This document shows positions 1-10,012 of a stretch of DNA of 64,000 nucleotides, piece after piece (position 1 is the stretch's first letter; each line of letters opens with the position of its first letter). The translations under genes and the position numbers were made by a program. The notes beneath the pieces are model-generated. The model did no database searches. It had not been told where the DNA came from and was given only the letters and a program-made list of their open reading frames with translations. The stretch spans positions 1,357 through 65,356 of the forward strand of contig JAUSIH010000006.1 in the NCBI GenBank assembly GCA_030648205.1, given 5' to 3'. Origin of the DNA: Dehalococcoidia bacterium. Lineage in GTDB: Bacteria; Chloroflexota; Dehalococcoidia; JAUSIH01.

Positions 1-2
1 AC

Positions 3-1664
3 GAGGTGCTCGTGTACGTGGGCGCGCACGGCGACCCGAGCGGCTTCGACATGTACACAAAGGAGGGGGAGCGGTCGTTCCTGTCCTACCAGCGCGTGGG
101 GGAGCTGGTCAAAGGGCTTAACGGCGGCGCCAGGGTGCGCGTCGTGATAGACGCCTGCAAGTCCGGCGGCGCCGTGCCGTACCTGGCGGGCAGGGCCAAC
201 ATCACCGTCGTCCCCGCCGCCGACGACAAGACGGACACCCCTGTCGGCCTGGGCTCGGACCCCAGCTTCACGCACAGGATCGTCCTCGCCGCCAAAGACA
301 AGAGCGCGGACGCCAACGGCGACGGCAAGGTGGACGAGGGCGAGGCGCTGGTCCTGGCGCAGAAGCAGCACGCCGCCGGCGCAGGCGCACGGCTCGTGGT
401 CAAGCCTCCGCCGGGGCCTCCCGCGCCTGCGGCCGTGCCGTCCGTGGGACCCGCGCCCGCACCTGCGGTCGCGCCGCCCGGCCCGGCCATGACCTCGACC
501 TCCGGCGCAACTCCCTTCCAGTTCACCGCGCCCCTCGTGCTGCCCGCTGCGGACGCGGGCAAGCCGTACCTGCCGAACGGCCAGCCCTTCTCGTTCTGCG
601 ATCCGCCGACCGTCGGGTTCACCCAACCCTGCGGTCCGATTCCCGCCACGAGGAATCCCTCCGGAGGCAGCCCGCCGTACCACTTCCAGTACGGCACCCT
701 GGGGGGCTTCCCGCCGTTCGGGATGGCGCTCGGGAAGGACGGGCAGCTCACTGGCACCCCGAGTGAGGCGACGGTGGGCAAAACCTACCGCTTCACCGTC
801 TGTGCCGTGGACCTGAAGGCGGACTTCGTCTGCCGCGACGTGTCGCTCACCGTCAACGCGTCCGCGTCCGCGCCTGACCTCACGGTGCTCCCCGTGACCT
901 TTTCTCCCTCCTCAGCCAAGCCAGGAGACAACATATCGGTCAGCTTCACCGTCAAGAACCAGGGAGGAACGGCGTCAGGCTCCTTCTCGAACCGGATATC
1001 CCTGGCCGCCAGCATATACGGCACGGCCACCTCCCTGGGGAACTTCAGCATGCCCAGTCTGGCGGCTGGCGCTTCCCAGCCCAGCATGATGAATGTCACG
1101 ATCCCCGCCACGGTGACGCCGGGCAGCTACTGGGTGACGGTCTTCGCCGATGGCTTGCAGGCCGTTTCCGAGGGCGACGAAAACAACAACATCGGCAGCT
1201 CCGACCCGATCAGAATCACCGTCACGGTGCCGGAGGCGGTAAGCGCCGCCATCCAATCAATATCCTGCACGGGCAGTTTCGTCGGAGAAAGGGACTTGAG
1301 GAGGGAAACCTTCTTATGGCAGTTCCGCGTAACAGCTTCGGGGACTGCCTCGGGCCCGGTAGGAACAGAGGCGCGAATCAGCATGTTCCCTCAGTACGGT
1401 TCCATCTTCAGGCCGCCGAGTGGAAGCTCCGCCTACTCGTCGTCGTGGGGTGATACGTTGTTGAAACGCGAAACCAACTACAACGTTAAACGAGGCGCCA
1501 ATGACCCTTCGTCAACTTCATGGAGCGGGCAGATTGTGTGGACGAACGTCGTCGTGAACGGCGATACCGACAAGGTGACGGTAAGGGTCTTTTCTGAGGG
1601 GCCACGCGACTACAGAGGTCCCACCGCGGAGGCGGAGCGGGTCGTCACCTGCCGCGCGGGGTAG
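3..1664 (+). CDS. 5'-truncated secreted multidomain protein: clan-CD (caspase/legumain-like) peptidase remnant, Pro/Ala linker, Ig-like repeat, CARDB domain
   Basis: ORF 6..1664 is open to the window edge. GAHGD and IDACKSGG resemble the His-Gly / Ala-Cys dyad of clan CD peptidases. PPYHFQY..GQLTGTP..YRFTVCAVD is an Ig-like motif. PDLTV..KPGDNISVSFTVKNQG..ENNNIG is typical of CARDB. Confidence 0.65.
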   Translation, partial: EVLVYVGAHGDPSGFDMYTKEGERSFLSYQRVGELVKGLNGGARVRVVIDACKSGGAVPYLAGRANITVVPAADDKTDTPVGLGSDPSFTHRIVLAAKDKSADANGDGKVDEGEALVLAQKQHAAGAGARLVVKPPPGPPAPAAVPSVGPAPAPAVAPPGPAMTSTSGATPFQFTAPLVLPAADAGKPYLPNGQPFSFCDPPTVGFTQPCGPIPATRNPSGGSPPYHFQYGTLGGFPPFGMALGKDGQLTGTPSEATVGKTYRFTVCAVDLKADFVCRDVSLTVNASASAPDLTVLPVTFSPSSAKPGDNISVSFTVKNQGGTASGSFSNRISLAASIYGTATSLGNFSMPSLAAGASQPSMMNVTIPATVTPGSYWVTVFADGLQAVSEGDENNNIGSSDPIRITVTVPEAVSAAIQSISCTGSFVGERDLRRETFLWQFRVTASGTASGPVGTEARISMFPQYGSIFRPPSGSSAYSSSWGDTLLKRETNYNVKRGANDPSSTSWSGQIVWTNVVVNGDTDKVTVRVFSEGPRDYRGPTAEAERVVTCRAG

Positions 1665-1830
1665 GTGAGGTCTCCGCGACAAATAGGACCAGCCTGCCAA
1701 GTCCCCGTACCTGTGCGTCGCGCCGTCAGGCGCCGCTGCGAAATCGTTCACTGGAATGGCCGGTACGAGGGTGTCCAGAGGGAGCTTGGCTCCCTCTGGC
1801 GGGGGCACTGGGGGACCCCCCAGCTTTCTT

Positions 1831-1872
1831 TTCTCCCCCTTCCTGCGAGGAAGGGGGACCGAGGGGGATGGT
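1831..1872. repeat. G-rich hairpin repeat, family H (CCCCTTCC..GGAAGGGGG-ACCGAGGGGG)
   Basis: Same architecture as copies at 16424, 16753, 18153 and 61470: a GC hairpin followed by GGGGTGAGG-like tail. Confidence 0.6.
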
Positions 1873-1968
1873 TCCACAGGTGCATCAGGGTTGCGGAAGG
1901 TCTCAGGTGCCGAGATTCTGATCGCGCCACGCCAGCCCCAGGTACCACGCGATGAAAAAGGGGGACGC

Positions 1969-2979
1969 ATGGCCGTTCAGTTCGGCGTCTTGGTCATGCC
2001 CAATGCCACCGACAAGCTCATCGAGCACGTTCAGGCGGCGGAATCCGCCGGCTTCGACCGCATTCGCGTGGGCGACTCCCAGTCGGTCTATCGCGAGGTC
2101 TACTGCACCCTCACCATCGCCGCGCTCAACACGAAGCGCGTCAAGCTGGGGCCGGGCGTCACCAACCCGCTCACGCGGCACCCGGCGGTCACGGCCAGCG
2201 CCATCGCCACCGTGGACGACGTGTCCGGCGGGCGCGCGTACCTGGGCATCGGCACGGGGGACAGCGCCGTGCATAACCTGAGCATGCGCGCGGCGAAGCT
2301 CGACACGCTGCGCGAGTACGTGCTGGCCGTCCGCAGCCTGCACGCGACGGGGGAGGCGGTCTATCAGGGCAGGAAGCTGCGCCTGGCGTGGTACCGGGGG
2401 CGCGTGCCCATCTACATCGCGGCCCAGGGGCCGAAGGCGCTGCGCATGGCGGGGGAGATCGCCGATGGCGTCATCGTGCAGACCGGCCTCGCGCCGGACG
2501 CGGTGCGGGAGAGCCTGGCGCACATCCGGGCGGGCGCCAAAGAGGCAGGCCGCGACATGAAGGACATAGACATCTGGTGGTGGGCGCTCGCCAACATCCG
2601 GCCAACGAAGAAGCAGGCGCGGCGGGAGATCCGTCCGTTCCTGGCCGCAATCGCCAACATCATGGCCCGTCCGTCCCCGGAAGGGAAGGAGGTGCCGGAG
2701 CAGTACAAGAAGCCGCTGCTGCGACTGGCCGAGCAGTACGCCTTCGACGAGCACGTCCTGCCCGGCGAGGAGTCCCGCAACAGCCTGCTGGTGGAGAAGC
2801 TGGGCCTGGAGGACTACCTGGCGGAGCGCTTCGCGTTCACCGGCACGGCGGAGGAATGTATCGAGCAGGTCCAGCGCGCGGCCAAGCTAGGGGCTGGCAA
2901 GTTTTTCTTCAGCATCAACTTCCCGGACAACACCCGCTTCATGCGCGACTGGTCGAGCCAGGTCATGGCGAAGCTGTAG
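1969..2979 (+). CDS. LLM-class (luciferase-like) flavin/F420-dependent oxidoreductase
   Basis: Taken from Met72 of ORF 1756..2979 (MAVQFGVLVMP..). AAAAAGGGGGA sits just upstream. The GFDRIRVGDS and GIGTGDS motifs are typical of the LLM family. The longer N-terminal extension runs through a repeat element. Confidence 0.85.
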   Translation: MAVQFGVLVMPNATDKLIEHVQAAESAGFDRIRVGDSQSVYREVYCTLTIAALNTKRVKLGPGVTNPLTRHPAVTASAIATVDDVSGGRAYLGIGTGDSAVHNLSMRAAKLDTLREYVLAVRSLHATGEAVYQGRKLRLAWYRGRVPIYIAAQGPKALRMAGEIADGVIVQTGLAPDAVRESLAHIRAGAKEAGRDMKDIDIWWWALANIRPTKKQARREIRPFLAAIANIMARPSPEGKEVPEQYKKPLLRLAEQYAFDEHVLPGEESRNSLLVEKLGLEDYLAERFAFTGTAEECIEQVQRAAKLGAGKFFFSINFPDNTRFMRDWSSQVMAKL

Positions 2980-3101
2980 CGCGACGCCCCAGCATATTGT
3001 TGGACTTGTCAGGCTAAGGGCCGAATCAGAGACCCTCACCCCCTGTTTCCCCTCGTCCATTCTTGACATAAAGAAACATCCTAGCTTCCCATCGCTCGTT
3101 G

Positions 3102-3110
3102 TGCTACACT
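3102..3110 (+). promoter_or_regulatory. extended -10 element TGcTACACT upstream of trpS
   Basis: TGCTACACT lies 41 nt upstream of the trpS ATG. The -35 is weak (TAGCTT at 17-nt spacing). Confidence 0.4.
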
Positions 3111-3150
3111 CCAATTTCGACATTCGCAATTGGAAGGGGGCCAGTCCGCA

Positions 3151-4140
3151 ATGAAGGGGCGGGTCTTTTCAGGCATGCGTCCCACGGGGCGCATGCACAT
3201 GGGCAACTACATGGGCGCCGTGCAGAACTGGGCCGCTCTCCAGCAGGACTACGAATGCATTTACTGCATCGTGGACATCCACGCCCTGACCACGCTTACG
3301 CCCCAGGAGGCCCGCGAACTCCAGCCGCTCATTCGGGACATGGCGCTGGACCTGCTGAGCGCGGGGATTGACCCCCAGCGGAGCATCCTCTTCGTCCAAT
3401 CCTACGTTCCGGAGGTCACGGAGCTGAACACCCTGCTGAGCATGGTGACGCCGTTGGGCTGGCTCCTGCGCGTGCCCACGTTCAAGGAGAAGGTACGGCA
3501 GATGCAGGAGACCGAGGCGTCGGTTAACTACGGTCTGGTAGGCTACCCCATCCTCCAGACTGCCGACATCATCCTCTACAAGGCGGACTCCGTCCCCGTG
3601 GGCGAAGACCAGCTCCCGCATCTGGAGCTGGCGCGGGAGATAGTGCGACGGTTCAACCACCTCTTCGGGCCCACTTTTCCCGAGCCGCAGGCCAAGCTCA
3701 CACCGGCGCCCCTTATCCTGGGCACGGACGGCCAGCAGAAGATGAGCAAGAGCCTGAACAACCACATTGAACTGGCGCTGACGCCGGACGAGACGCGCAA
3801 GCGGGTCATGACCATGGTCACCGACCCCCAGCGGAAGCGCCGGAACGATCCCGGAAATCCGGAGATATGCAACGTGTGGAAACAGCACCACTACTTCAAC
3901 TCGGACAGGGTGGACACTGTCGCCCGCGACTGTCGCTCGGCGGCCCTGGGCTGCGTGGACTGCAAGGGGCTGCTGGCGGACGGCATCAACCGCTACTTCG
4001 CGCAGTTCCGTGAGCGCCGCGCCGAGCTGGCGCGCCACCCGGCCACGATTGACGGCACCCTGGCGGACGGCGCGCGCCGGGCCAGGGCCATCGCCATCCA
4101 GACCATGGCCGAGGTGCGGCAGCGCATGGGTCTCAGGTAG
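3151..4140 (+). CDS. trpS: tryptophan--tRNA ligase
   Basis: MKGRVFSGMRPTGRMHMGNYMGA is a HIGH-like motif and KMSKS is present. GGAAGGGGG RBS lies upstream of ATG 3151. Confidence 0.95.
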   Translation: MKGRVFSGMRPTGRMHMGNYMGAVQNWAALQQDYECIYCIVDIHALTTLTPQEARELQPLIRDMALDLLSAGIDPQRSILFVQSYVPEVTELNTLLSMVTPLGWLLRVPTFKEKVRQMQETEASVNYGLVGYPILQTADIILYKADSVPVGEDQLPHLELAREIVRRFNHLFGPTFPEPQAKLTPAPLILGTDGQQKMSKSLNNHIELALTPDETRKRVMTMVTDPQRKRRNDPGNPEICNVWKQHHYFNSDRVDTVARDCRSAALGCVDCKGLLADGINRYFAQFRERRAELARHPATIDGTLADGARRARAIAIQTMAEVRQRMGLR

Positions 4141-4143
4141 GCC

Positions 4144-4968
4144 ATGACAGAGATTCGGAACGACACGCCGCGCTCGCGCAGCGGGCTTGCCGCGATGGAG
4201 GTCGCCACACGGGCCATCCGGGAGGCCGGACGCACCGTGATGGAGAACTTCCAGCGGGAGAAAACGGTGCGCGTCAAGGGCCGGGGCAACATCGTCACCA
4301 GCGTGGACTATATGGTGGAGTCCGGGCTGGCGGAGGTCCTCCGGCGGGAATTTCCGGGCTTCGGCATCCTCTCCGAGGAGTCCGTCCAGGAGAAAGGCCT
4401 CGGCGAATACACATGGATTACCGACCCGCTTGATGGGACGCGCAACTACGCATCCGGCATCCCCCACTTCTGTACCACACTGGCCCTCGTCCGCGGTCAG
4501 GACGTGCTGCTCGGCCTCACCTACGACCCCTTGCGCGACGAGATGTTCCACGCCGAGAAGGGGGGTGGCGCCTACCTGAACGGCGCGCCCATTCGCGTCT
4601 CACCGCAGCGGACTGTCCAGGACTCCATTCTGGGCATGGACATGGGCTACAACGACGGTAAGGCCCGCGAGGCGCTGGAGATGGTCACGGCCCTGTGGCC
4701 CGGCATGCAGAGCCTGCGTATCATGGGTTCGGCGGCCCTGGGCCTGGCGTACGCCGCCGCCGGGCGTGTGGACATCTATTTCCACCATCACCTGTACCCC
4801 TGGGACATCGCCAGCGGCATTCTGCAGATACGGGAGGCTGGTGGAACGGTGACCGACCAGACAGGCCAGCCGGCAGCTTGGGGAAGCCGCAGCCTCGTGG
4901 CCGCCTGTCACGCGGTGCACGACGACTTCATGCGGCGCACCGTGGGACACCCGTGGCGCGCCCCCTAG
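4144..4968 (+). CDS. inositol monophosphatase family protein
   Basis: WITDPLDGTRNY and YPWDIASG are signature motifs. The ATG lies 3 nt after the trpS stop. Confidence 0.9.
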   Translation: MTEIRNDTPRSRSGLAAMEVATRAIREAGRTVMENFQREKTVRVKGRGNIVTSVDYMVESGLAEVLRREFPGFGILSEESVQEKGLGEYTWITDPLDGTRNYASGIPHFCTTLALVRGQDVLLGLTYDPLRDEMFHAEKGGGAYLNGAPIRVSPQRTVQDSILGMDMGYNDGKAREALEMVTALWPGMQSLRIMGSAALGLAYAAAGRVDIYFHHHLYPWDIASGILQIREAGGTVTDQTGQPAAWGSRSLVAACHAVHDDFMRRTVGHPWRAP

Positions 4969-5007
4969 CCCCTTTCGCTTCGCCTCTTTGAATGCGCCCA
5001 GAGCATG

Positions 5008-5016
5008 TGCTAGACT
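5008..5016 (+). promoter_or_regulatory. extended -10 element TGcTAGACT upstream of lon
   Basis: TGCTAGACT lies 13 nt upstream of the GGAGG RBS (5030-5034). Confidence 0.4.
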
Positions 5017-5042
5017 TATGACTGCCCCCGGAGGTGACGGGA

Positions 5043-7427
5043 ATGCCTCGTCCCACTCGAAAAGTCCTTAGCAAGCGCCGGGCGGGCGTCGTTGTTGAAA
5101 TAGCGGCGTTGCCGCGCCGGGACACCGTGCTGTTCCCCGGCATGCTGGCGCAACTCGTCATGATGCGCCGCGCATCCGTGAACGCTGTTGAATCGGCGAT
5201 GGAGGCCAACAAGCCCATCCTCGTGGTCGCCCGCAAAAACACGGACCAGGCCCAGGTCTCCTTTGATGACCTCTACTCGATGGGGGTCGAGGCCGGCATC
5301 ATCCGCGTGCTGAAGATGCCGGACGGCTCTACCACGGTCTGGCTCCAGGGCCAGCGGCGCATGCTTATCAAGAAGCTGGTCACAGCGGAGCCCTACTTCA
5401 TCGTCCGGGCGGTGCCTGTCCGTGAGGTGGACCAGAAGGGACTCTCCTCCGAGGCGCTCATGCGCGCCGTCCTTGCCCTGTTCGAGAAATGCGTCAAGCT
5501 CTCGCCCAGCCTGAACGAAGACGTGTACGTGACGGCCATGAACGCGGACTCGCCTGGCAGGCTGGCGGACGCGGTGGCCTCCTGCATCAACCTGAGCGTG
5601 TCCAACCGGCAGCAGGTGCTGGAAACTGTGAACTCCCTGGAACGCTTGCAGCGCGTCAGCCTTCTCCTCGCCAAGGAAGTGGACGTACTGGAGCTTCAGA
5701 GCAAGATTCAGTCCCAGGTCCAGAGCGAGGTGGACAAGTCGCACAGGGAGTACTTCCTGCGCGAGCAGATGAAGGCCATCCAGAAAGAGCTGGGGGAGGT
5801 GGACCCGCATCAGCGGGAGGTCAACGACCTGCGGGAGAAAATTGACAAGGTGGGCATGCCGGAAGCGGCGCGCAAGCGCGCGCTGGAGGAGCTGGAACGC
5901 CTCACGAGCATCCCGCCGGCGTCTCCGGAGACCTCGGTGGTCCGCACGTACTTGGACTGGCTGGTGACTTTGCCCTGGGCCAAGTTCACCGAGGACAACC
6001 TGGACGTCAAACGGGCGGCCCTTGTCCTGGACGAGAACCACTATGGCCTGCCCAAGGTGAAAGAGCGCATCCTGGAGTACATTGCGGTGCGCAAGATGAA
6101 GCCGGAGGGGAGTCGCAGCCCCATCCTGTGCTTTGTGGGGCCGCCCGGCGTGGGCAAGACGAGCCTGGGCAAGTCCATCGCTCAGGCGCTGGGCCGTCAG
6201 TTCGTGCGCGTCAGCCTCGGCGGCATTCGGGACGAAGCCGAAATCCGCGGGCACCGGCGTACCTACGTGGGCGCGCTTCCCGGCCGCGTCATCCAGATTA
6301 TGCGCAACGCCGCGACGATCAACCCCGTGTTCATGCTGGACGAGGTGGACAAAGTGGGCATGGACTTCCGTGGCGATCCTTCGTCTGCGCTGCTGGAGGT
6401 GCTGGACCCGGAGCAGAACCACGCCTTCTCCGACCACTACCTGGAAGTGCCCTACAATCTGTCGAAGGTGATGTTCATCTGCACCGCCAACGTGCTTGAC
6501 CCCATCCTGCCTGCCCTGCGCGACAGGCTGGAGATCATCGAGCTGCCGGGCTATACGGAGGACGAGAAGCTCCAGATAGCCAAGCGCTTCCTGGTGTCCA
6601 AGCAGCTCAAGGAGCATGGACTGGCGCCGGAGCATCTTCAATTCACGGAGGGCGCACTCCTGCGTATCATTCGCGAGTACACGCGCGAGGCTGGCGTGCG
6701 CAGCCTGGAGCGGCAGATAGGGGGCATCGCGCGGAAGATCACGCGCTCCGTGGCGGAGGGCGAGAAGGCGCCCGCTCGCGTCACCGCCCAGACGGTCACG
6801 CACTACCTGGGGCCGCAACAGTTCTTCTGGGGTATGGCGGAGGAGGAGGACCAGGTGGGTGTGGCGACCGGCGTTGCGCGGACGGAGACGGGCGGCGAGG
6901 TCCTGGGCGTGGAGGTGACGCTGATGAAGGGCACGGGCAAGCTGATGTTGACAGGTCAGCTCGGCGACGTCATGAAGGAATCGGCGCAGGCGGCGCTCAG
7001 CTATGCGCGCTCCCGGGCCAAGGACATGAAGTTCTTTCCCAACCAATTCGACAAGACGGACATCCACATTCACGTGCCCGCCGGCGCCGTGCCCAAGGAC
7101 GGGCCTTCCGCCGGTATCACTATTGCGACCGCGCTCATCTCTGCGCTGACGCGCAAACCCGTGCGCAAAGACGGCGCCATGACCGGCGAGATCACCCTTC
7201 GGGGTCGGGTGCTCCCCGTGGGCGGCCTGAAGGAGAAGATACTGGCGGCGCACCGAGCGGGCATCCGGACGTTCGTCTTGCCCAAGAAGAACCAGAACGA
7301 CATATTGGACGTGCCCGCCAAGGTCCGCCGCGACCTCAAATTCGTATTTGTCGAGACAATGGATGAAGTGCTCGAGTCGGCCCTCAGGGAGGGCCGATCC
7401 GGAGGCGTTGAGGTGGTGCAGCCATGA
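5043..7427 (+). CDS. lon: ATP-dependent Lon protease
   Basis: Walker [14 protein letters not shown], catalytic-serine motif [13 protein letters not shown], and an N-terminal LAN domain. ATG 5043 is 8 nt after GGAGG. The ORF is open from GTG 5034. Confidence 0.95.
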   Translation: MPRPTRKVLSKRRAGVVVEIAALPRRDTVLFPGMLAQLVMMRRASVNAVESAMEANKPILVVARKNTDQAQVSFDDLYSMGVEAGIIRVLKMPDGSTTVWLQGQRRMLIKKLVTAEPYFIVRAVPVREVDQKGLSSEALMRAVLALFEKCVKLSPSLNEDVYVTAMNADSPGRLADAVASCINLSVSNRQQVLETVNSLERLQRVSLLLAKEVDVLELQSKIQSQVQSEVDKSHREYFLREQMKAIQKELGEVDPHQREVNDLREKIDKVGMPEAARKRALEELERLTSIPPASPETSVVRTYLDWLVTLPWAKFTEDNLDVKRAALVLDENHYGLPKVKERILEYIAVRKMKPEGSRSPILCFVGPPGVGKTSLGKSIAQALGRQFVRVSLGGIRDEAEIRGHRRTYVGALPGRVIQIMRNAATINPVFMLDEVDKVGMDFRGDPSSALLEVLDPEQNHAFSDHYLEVPYNLSKVMFICTANVLDPILPALRDRLEIIELPGYTEDEKLQIAKRFLVSKQLKEHGLAPEHLQFTEGALLRIIREYTREAGVRSLERQIGGIARKITRSVAEGEKAPARVTAQTVTHYLGPQQFFWGMAEEEDQVGVATGVARTETGGEVLGVEVTLMKGTGKLMLTGQLGDVMKESAQAALSYARSRAKDMKFFPNQFDKTDIHIHVPAGAVPKDGPSAGITIATALISALTRKPVRKDGAMTGEITLRGRVLPVGGLKEKILAAHRAGIRTFVLPKKNQNDILDVPAKVRRDLKFVFVETMDEVLESALREGRSGGVEVVQP

Positions 7428-7921
7428 ACTGGCTCGATATCGTTGTCCTGTTTCTGGTGGTCATGGCGGTCTTTCAGGGTCTGCGCACCGGTTTCGTGCG
7501 CACCCTGTTCACGACGCTGGGCGCCGCGGCGGGCGTGGTCTTGGCGGGGCAGTTCTCGCCACAGGTCGCGCCTGTGCTGGAGTCCGCCCTGGGCGCGGGA
7601 AACGTGTCCAGGATAGCGGCCTTTGTCCTCATATTCCTGGCCGTGTTCATCGCCGCATCGTTTGTGGGTAACATCGTGCGGCAGATATTGCACATGACTC
7701 TGCTGGGCTGGCTGGATACGCTCCTGGGCGGGTTCATGGGCCTCGTCATGGGATTCGTAACCACTGGCTTTCTCTTAATCGCGCTGGGCAAGTTCCCCGT
7801 GCTGGGTATTGAGGGGGTCATTCGCGAGTCGCGGCTGGCCCCTGTTCTTATTAGCTATGTGCCGGTGGCGCTGGGCCTGTTGCCGCCGGAGTTCGGGGCG
7901 GTCCAGAACCTGCTGCGGTAA
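7424..7921 (+). CDS. cvpA: CvpA family membrane protein
   Basis: [25 protein letters not shown].. with four hydrophobic segments. ATGA overlap with the lon stop. Confidence 0.8.
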   Translation: MNWLDIVVLFLVVMAVFQGLRTGFVRTLFTTLGAAAGVVLAGQFSPQVAPVLESALGAGNVSRIAAFVLIFLAVFIAASFVGNIVRQILHMTLLGWLDTLLGGFMGLVMGFVTTGFLLIALGKFPVLGIEGVIRESRLAPVLISYVPVALGLLPPEFGAVQNLLR

Positions 7922-7925
7922 GCCT

Positions 7926-8435
7926 ATGCCTCCGAGTAGACTCGTCCTTGTCCTGAACCAGAACTATGAGCCTCTGAACGTTTGCCACGTTCACCGGGCA
8001 TTGATCCTGCTGGACAAGGGGAAGGCGGAGACCCTGGAGAACGGGAACGGCTATCTGCGCACCGTGCGGATTGTCATCCCGCTCCCGTCGGTCATTCGCC
8101 TCGTGTACATGGTGCGCCGTCCGCTGCCCAAGCGGAAGCTGACGCGACGGGAGATCTTCCTGCGCGACCGCTTCGCGTGTCAGTATTGCGGCAAAGAGGG
8201 GCGCGATCTCACCATTGACCACGTCACGCCGCGCTACCGTGGCGGACAGCACACCTGGGACAACGTTGTGGCGGCATGCGTGCAGTGCAATCATCATAAG
8301 GCGAACCACACTCCCGCGGAGGCGGGGATGCGCCTCCGCGTACAACCCAAGGCGCCGCCTCTGGGACCGTACCACCTGTTCTCTAACCACCTGGCCTCGC
8401 GGCAGGAGTGGCGCAAGTTCATCCCCTTCGTCTGA
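7926..8435 (+). CDS. HNH endonuclease
   Basis: Taken from Met40 of ORF 7809..8435. CQYCG..DHVTPRYRGGQHTWDNVVAACVQCNHHK is the HNH motif. Confidence 0.85.
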   Translation: MPPSRLVLVLNQNYEPLNVCHVHRALILLDKGKAETLENGNGYLRTVRIVIPLPSVIRLVYMVRRPLPKRKLTRREIFLRDRFACQYCGKEGRDLTIDHVTPRYRGGQHTWDNVVAACVQCNHHKANHTPAEAGMRLRVQPKAPPLGPYHLFSNHLASRQEWRKFIPFV

Positions 8436-8483
8436 ACGCCGGATAGAGGCTCCCCGCCTGTTACCGCGTGAGGCTCTGGCCCG

Positions 8484-9212
8484 ATGATTAGAGCGGTCTT
8501 CTTCGACCTCTACAACACCGTCGCGCGCTTCGACCCTCCCCGGGAGGAGCTGCAAGTCGCGGTGTGCCGCGAGATGGGCATGACGGTGACCGCTGAGGGC
8601 ATCGAGCGCGGGTACGTGCGCGCGGACGACTACCTGGCGCGGGAGAACGGCCGTGACCCGGTGTTCAAGCGGCCAAACGAACGCCTTGCGGCCTTCTGGG
8701 CGGAGTACGAGCGGCTGGTGCTGGAGGGGGCGGGGGTCAATGCGTCGCTGGAGCTGAGCGGGGAGATCTTCGCGCGTGTCCGGCGGCAGCACTACGACCT
8801 CGCGCTCTTCGACGACGTGCTGCCGGCCATGTTCGTGCTCCGGCAGCGCGCTCTCGTCCTGGGCCTGCTCTCCAACATCAATCGGGACATCCGGCAGTTG
8901 ACGGACGCTCTCCGCCTGACGCCCTACCTGGACTTCGCCATTACACCCGCGGAGGCGGGCGCGGAGAAGCCGCATCCGCCCATATTCCTGGAGGCGTTGC
9001 GGCGGGCGGACTGCGCCCCAGCCGAGGCGCTGCACGTGGGAGACCAGTACCACTCGGACGTGGTTGGAGCGCGCGGAGTTGGCATCAAGCCGCTGCTGCT
9101 GGACAGGACGGGCCTGCTGGACCCCGCCCAGTACGATGTCCCCGTTATCCGCAGCCTGATGGAAGTCCAGGACCACCTGGGAGAGCCGGGGCCGGAGTCG
9201 CTTCCGGAGTAG
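8484..9212 (+). CDS. HAD-IA family hydrolase
   Basis: VFFDLYNTV (DxD-like motif I), LLSN, and HVGDQYHSDVVGA (motif IV). Confidence 0.85.
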   Translation: MIRAVFFDLYNTVARFDPPREELQVAVCREMGMTVTAEGIERGYVRADDYLARENGRDPVFKRPNERLAAFWAEYERLVLEGAGVNASLELSGEIFARVRRQHYDLALFDDVLPAMFVLRQRALVLGLLSNINRDIRQLTDALRLTPYLDFAITPAEAGAEKPHPPIFLEALRRADCAPAEALHVGDQYHSDVVGARGVGIKPLLLDRTGLLDPAQYDVPVIRSLMEVQDHLGEPGPESLPE

Positions 9213-9274
9213 GGTGCGGCGCGCGGCACGATTCGGCGCAAGGTTGGGCCATCCACCCATGCCGTGGTGCGTAC

Positions 9275-9303
9275 TTGACAACGTCTGCAACGGCGCATAA
9301 GGT
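9275..9303 (+). promoter_or_regulatory. sigma70-like promoter TTGACA-17-TAAGGT
   Basis: Read directly. It lies 43 nt upstream of ATG 9346, which has a GGGAGGGA RBS. Confidence 0.5.
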
Positions 9304-9345
9304 TGGAGCGTCGGTCCACCCTAGCCTCTTCGGGAGGGACGCTTT

Positions 9346-10008
9346 ATGCCCAGGCCCAACATGGACAATGAGCCTTGCAAGACTATTGTGGCCGCGGTCC
9401 TGGATGCGCTGGGGAAGGCGAAAAAGCCGCTGACGTTCGATGAGATGCGGGACGCCGCAGGCAAGCGCGCGCCCTCGCTCACGATCGGCCGGTTGAGCTG
9501 GTACGCCAAGGCCGTTCAGCTTGAGCTGGAGAACCAGGGCAAGCTGGAGCGAGTTGCGGACCCCCTCCGGTGGAGACTCTCCGGCGGCCCGCTGCGCAAT
9601 CTGCGGCAGACCTACCGGATGAAAGCGTCCGCCCGAGAGGTGTGGGCCATGCTGGTGGACGCGAAAAAAGTCGCTGATTGGTCGGGTGCGCCCGCCATTA
9701 TGGACGCGAAAGCGGGTGCGAAGTTCTCGCTATGGGGCGGCGACATCTTCGGGGAGAACCTGGAGGTCGCGCCGCCGCGCAAGCTGGTCCAGAAGTGGCG
9801 GGTGAAGGGTTGGAAGTCGCCGTCCACGGTCACGTTCAACCTTCGCGAGCGGAAGGACGGGGAGACGACCGAGACCGACGTGGAGCTTGTCCACACGGAC
9901 ATCCCCGCGAAAGAGCTGGACGGGATTGCCGCCGGCTGGGATGCGTATTACCTGGGCGTCATCAAGGGGCGCTTTGCCGCGAAGAAACAGGCGAAGGCAG
10001 GCAGGTGA
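9346..10008 (+). CDS. winged-helix-like N-terminal domain fused to SRPBCC (AHSA1/START-like) domain
   Basis: The C-terminal ~140 aa (REVWAMLVD..WSG..KFSLWGG..WRVKGW..TVTFNL) match the Aha1/SRPBCC pattern. The N-terminal ~80 aa look like a wHTH. Confidence 0.7.
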   Translation: MPRPNMDNEPCKTIVAAVLDALGKAKKPLTFDEMRDAAGKRAPSLTIGRLSWYAKAVQLELENQGKLERVADPLRWRLSGGPLRNLRQTYRMKASAREVWAMLVDAKKVADWSGAPAIMDAKAGAKFSLWGGDIFGENLEVAPPRKLVQKWRVKGWKSPSTVTFNLRERKDGETTETDVELVHTDIPAKELDGIAAGWDAYYLGVIKGRFAAKKQAKAGR

Positions 10009-10012
10009 CATA

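Noticed and set aside
1756-1968. 71-codon N-terminal extension of the LLM oxidoreductase ORF.
   Set aside because: It reads through a family-H hairpin repeat and is Gly/Arg/Pro-rich. The homology-consistent start with an RBS is ATG 1969.
2980-3150. Possible T-box leader upstream of trpS.
   Set aside because: No T-box consensus sequence was seen. The extended -10 at 3102 implies a leader of only about 35-40 nt, too short for a T-box.
5016-7253. 745-aa ORF antisense to lon. Similar long antisense or alternate-frame ORFs include 3169-4551, 7851-9290, 10576-11973, 24752-26137, 26321-27463, 48199-49905, 50905-52149, 52432-53610 and 59858-61147.
   Set aside because: They lie opposite or out of frame to genes with unmistakable family motifs. 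Their translations are Arg/Gly/Ala/Pro/His-rich with no motifs. Long spurious ORFs are expected in DNA this GC-rich.
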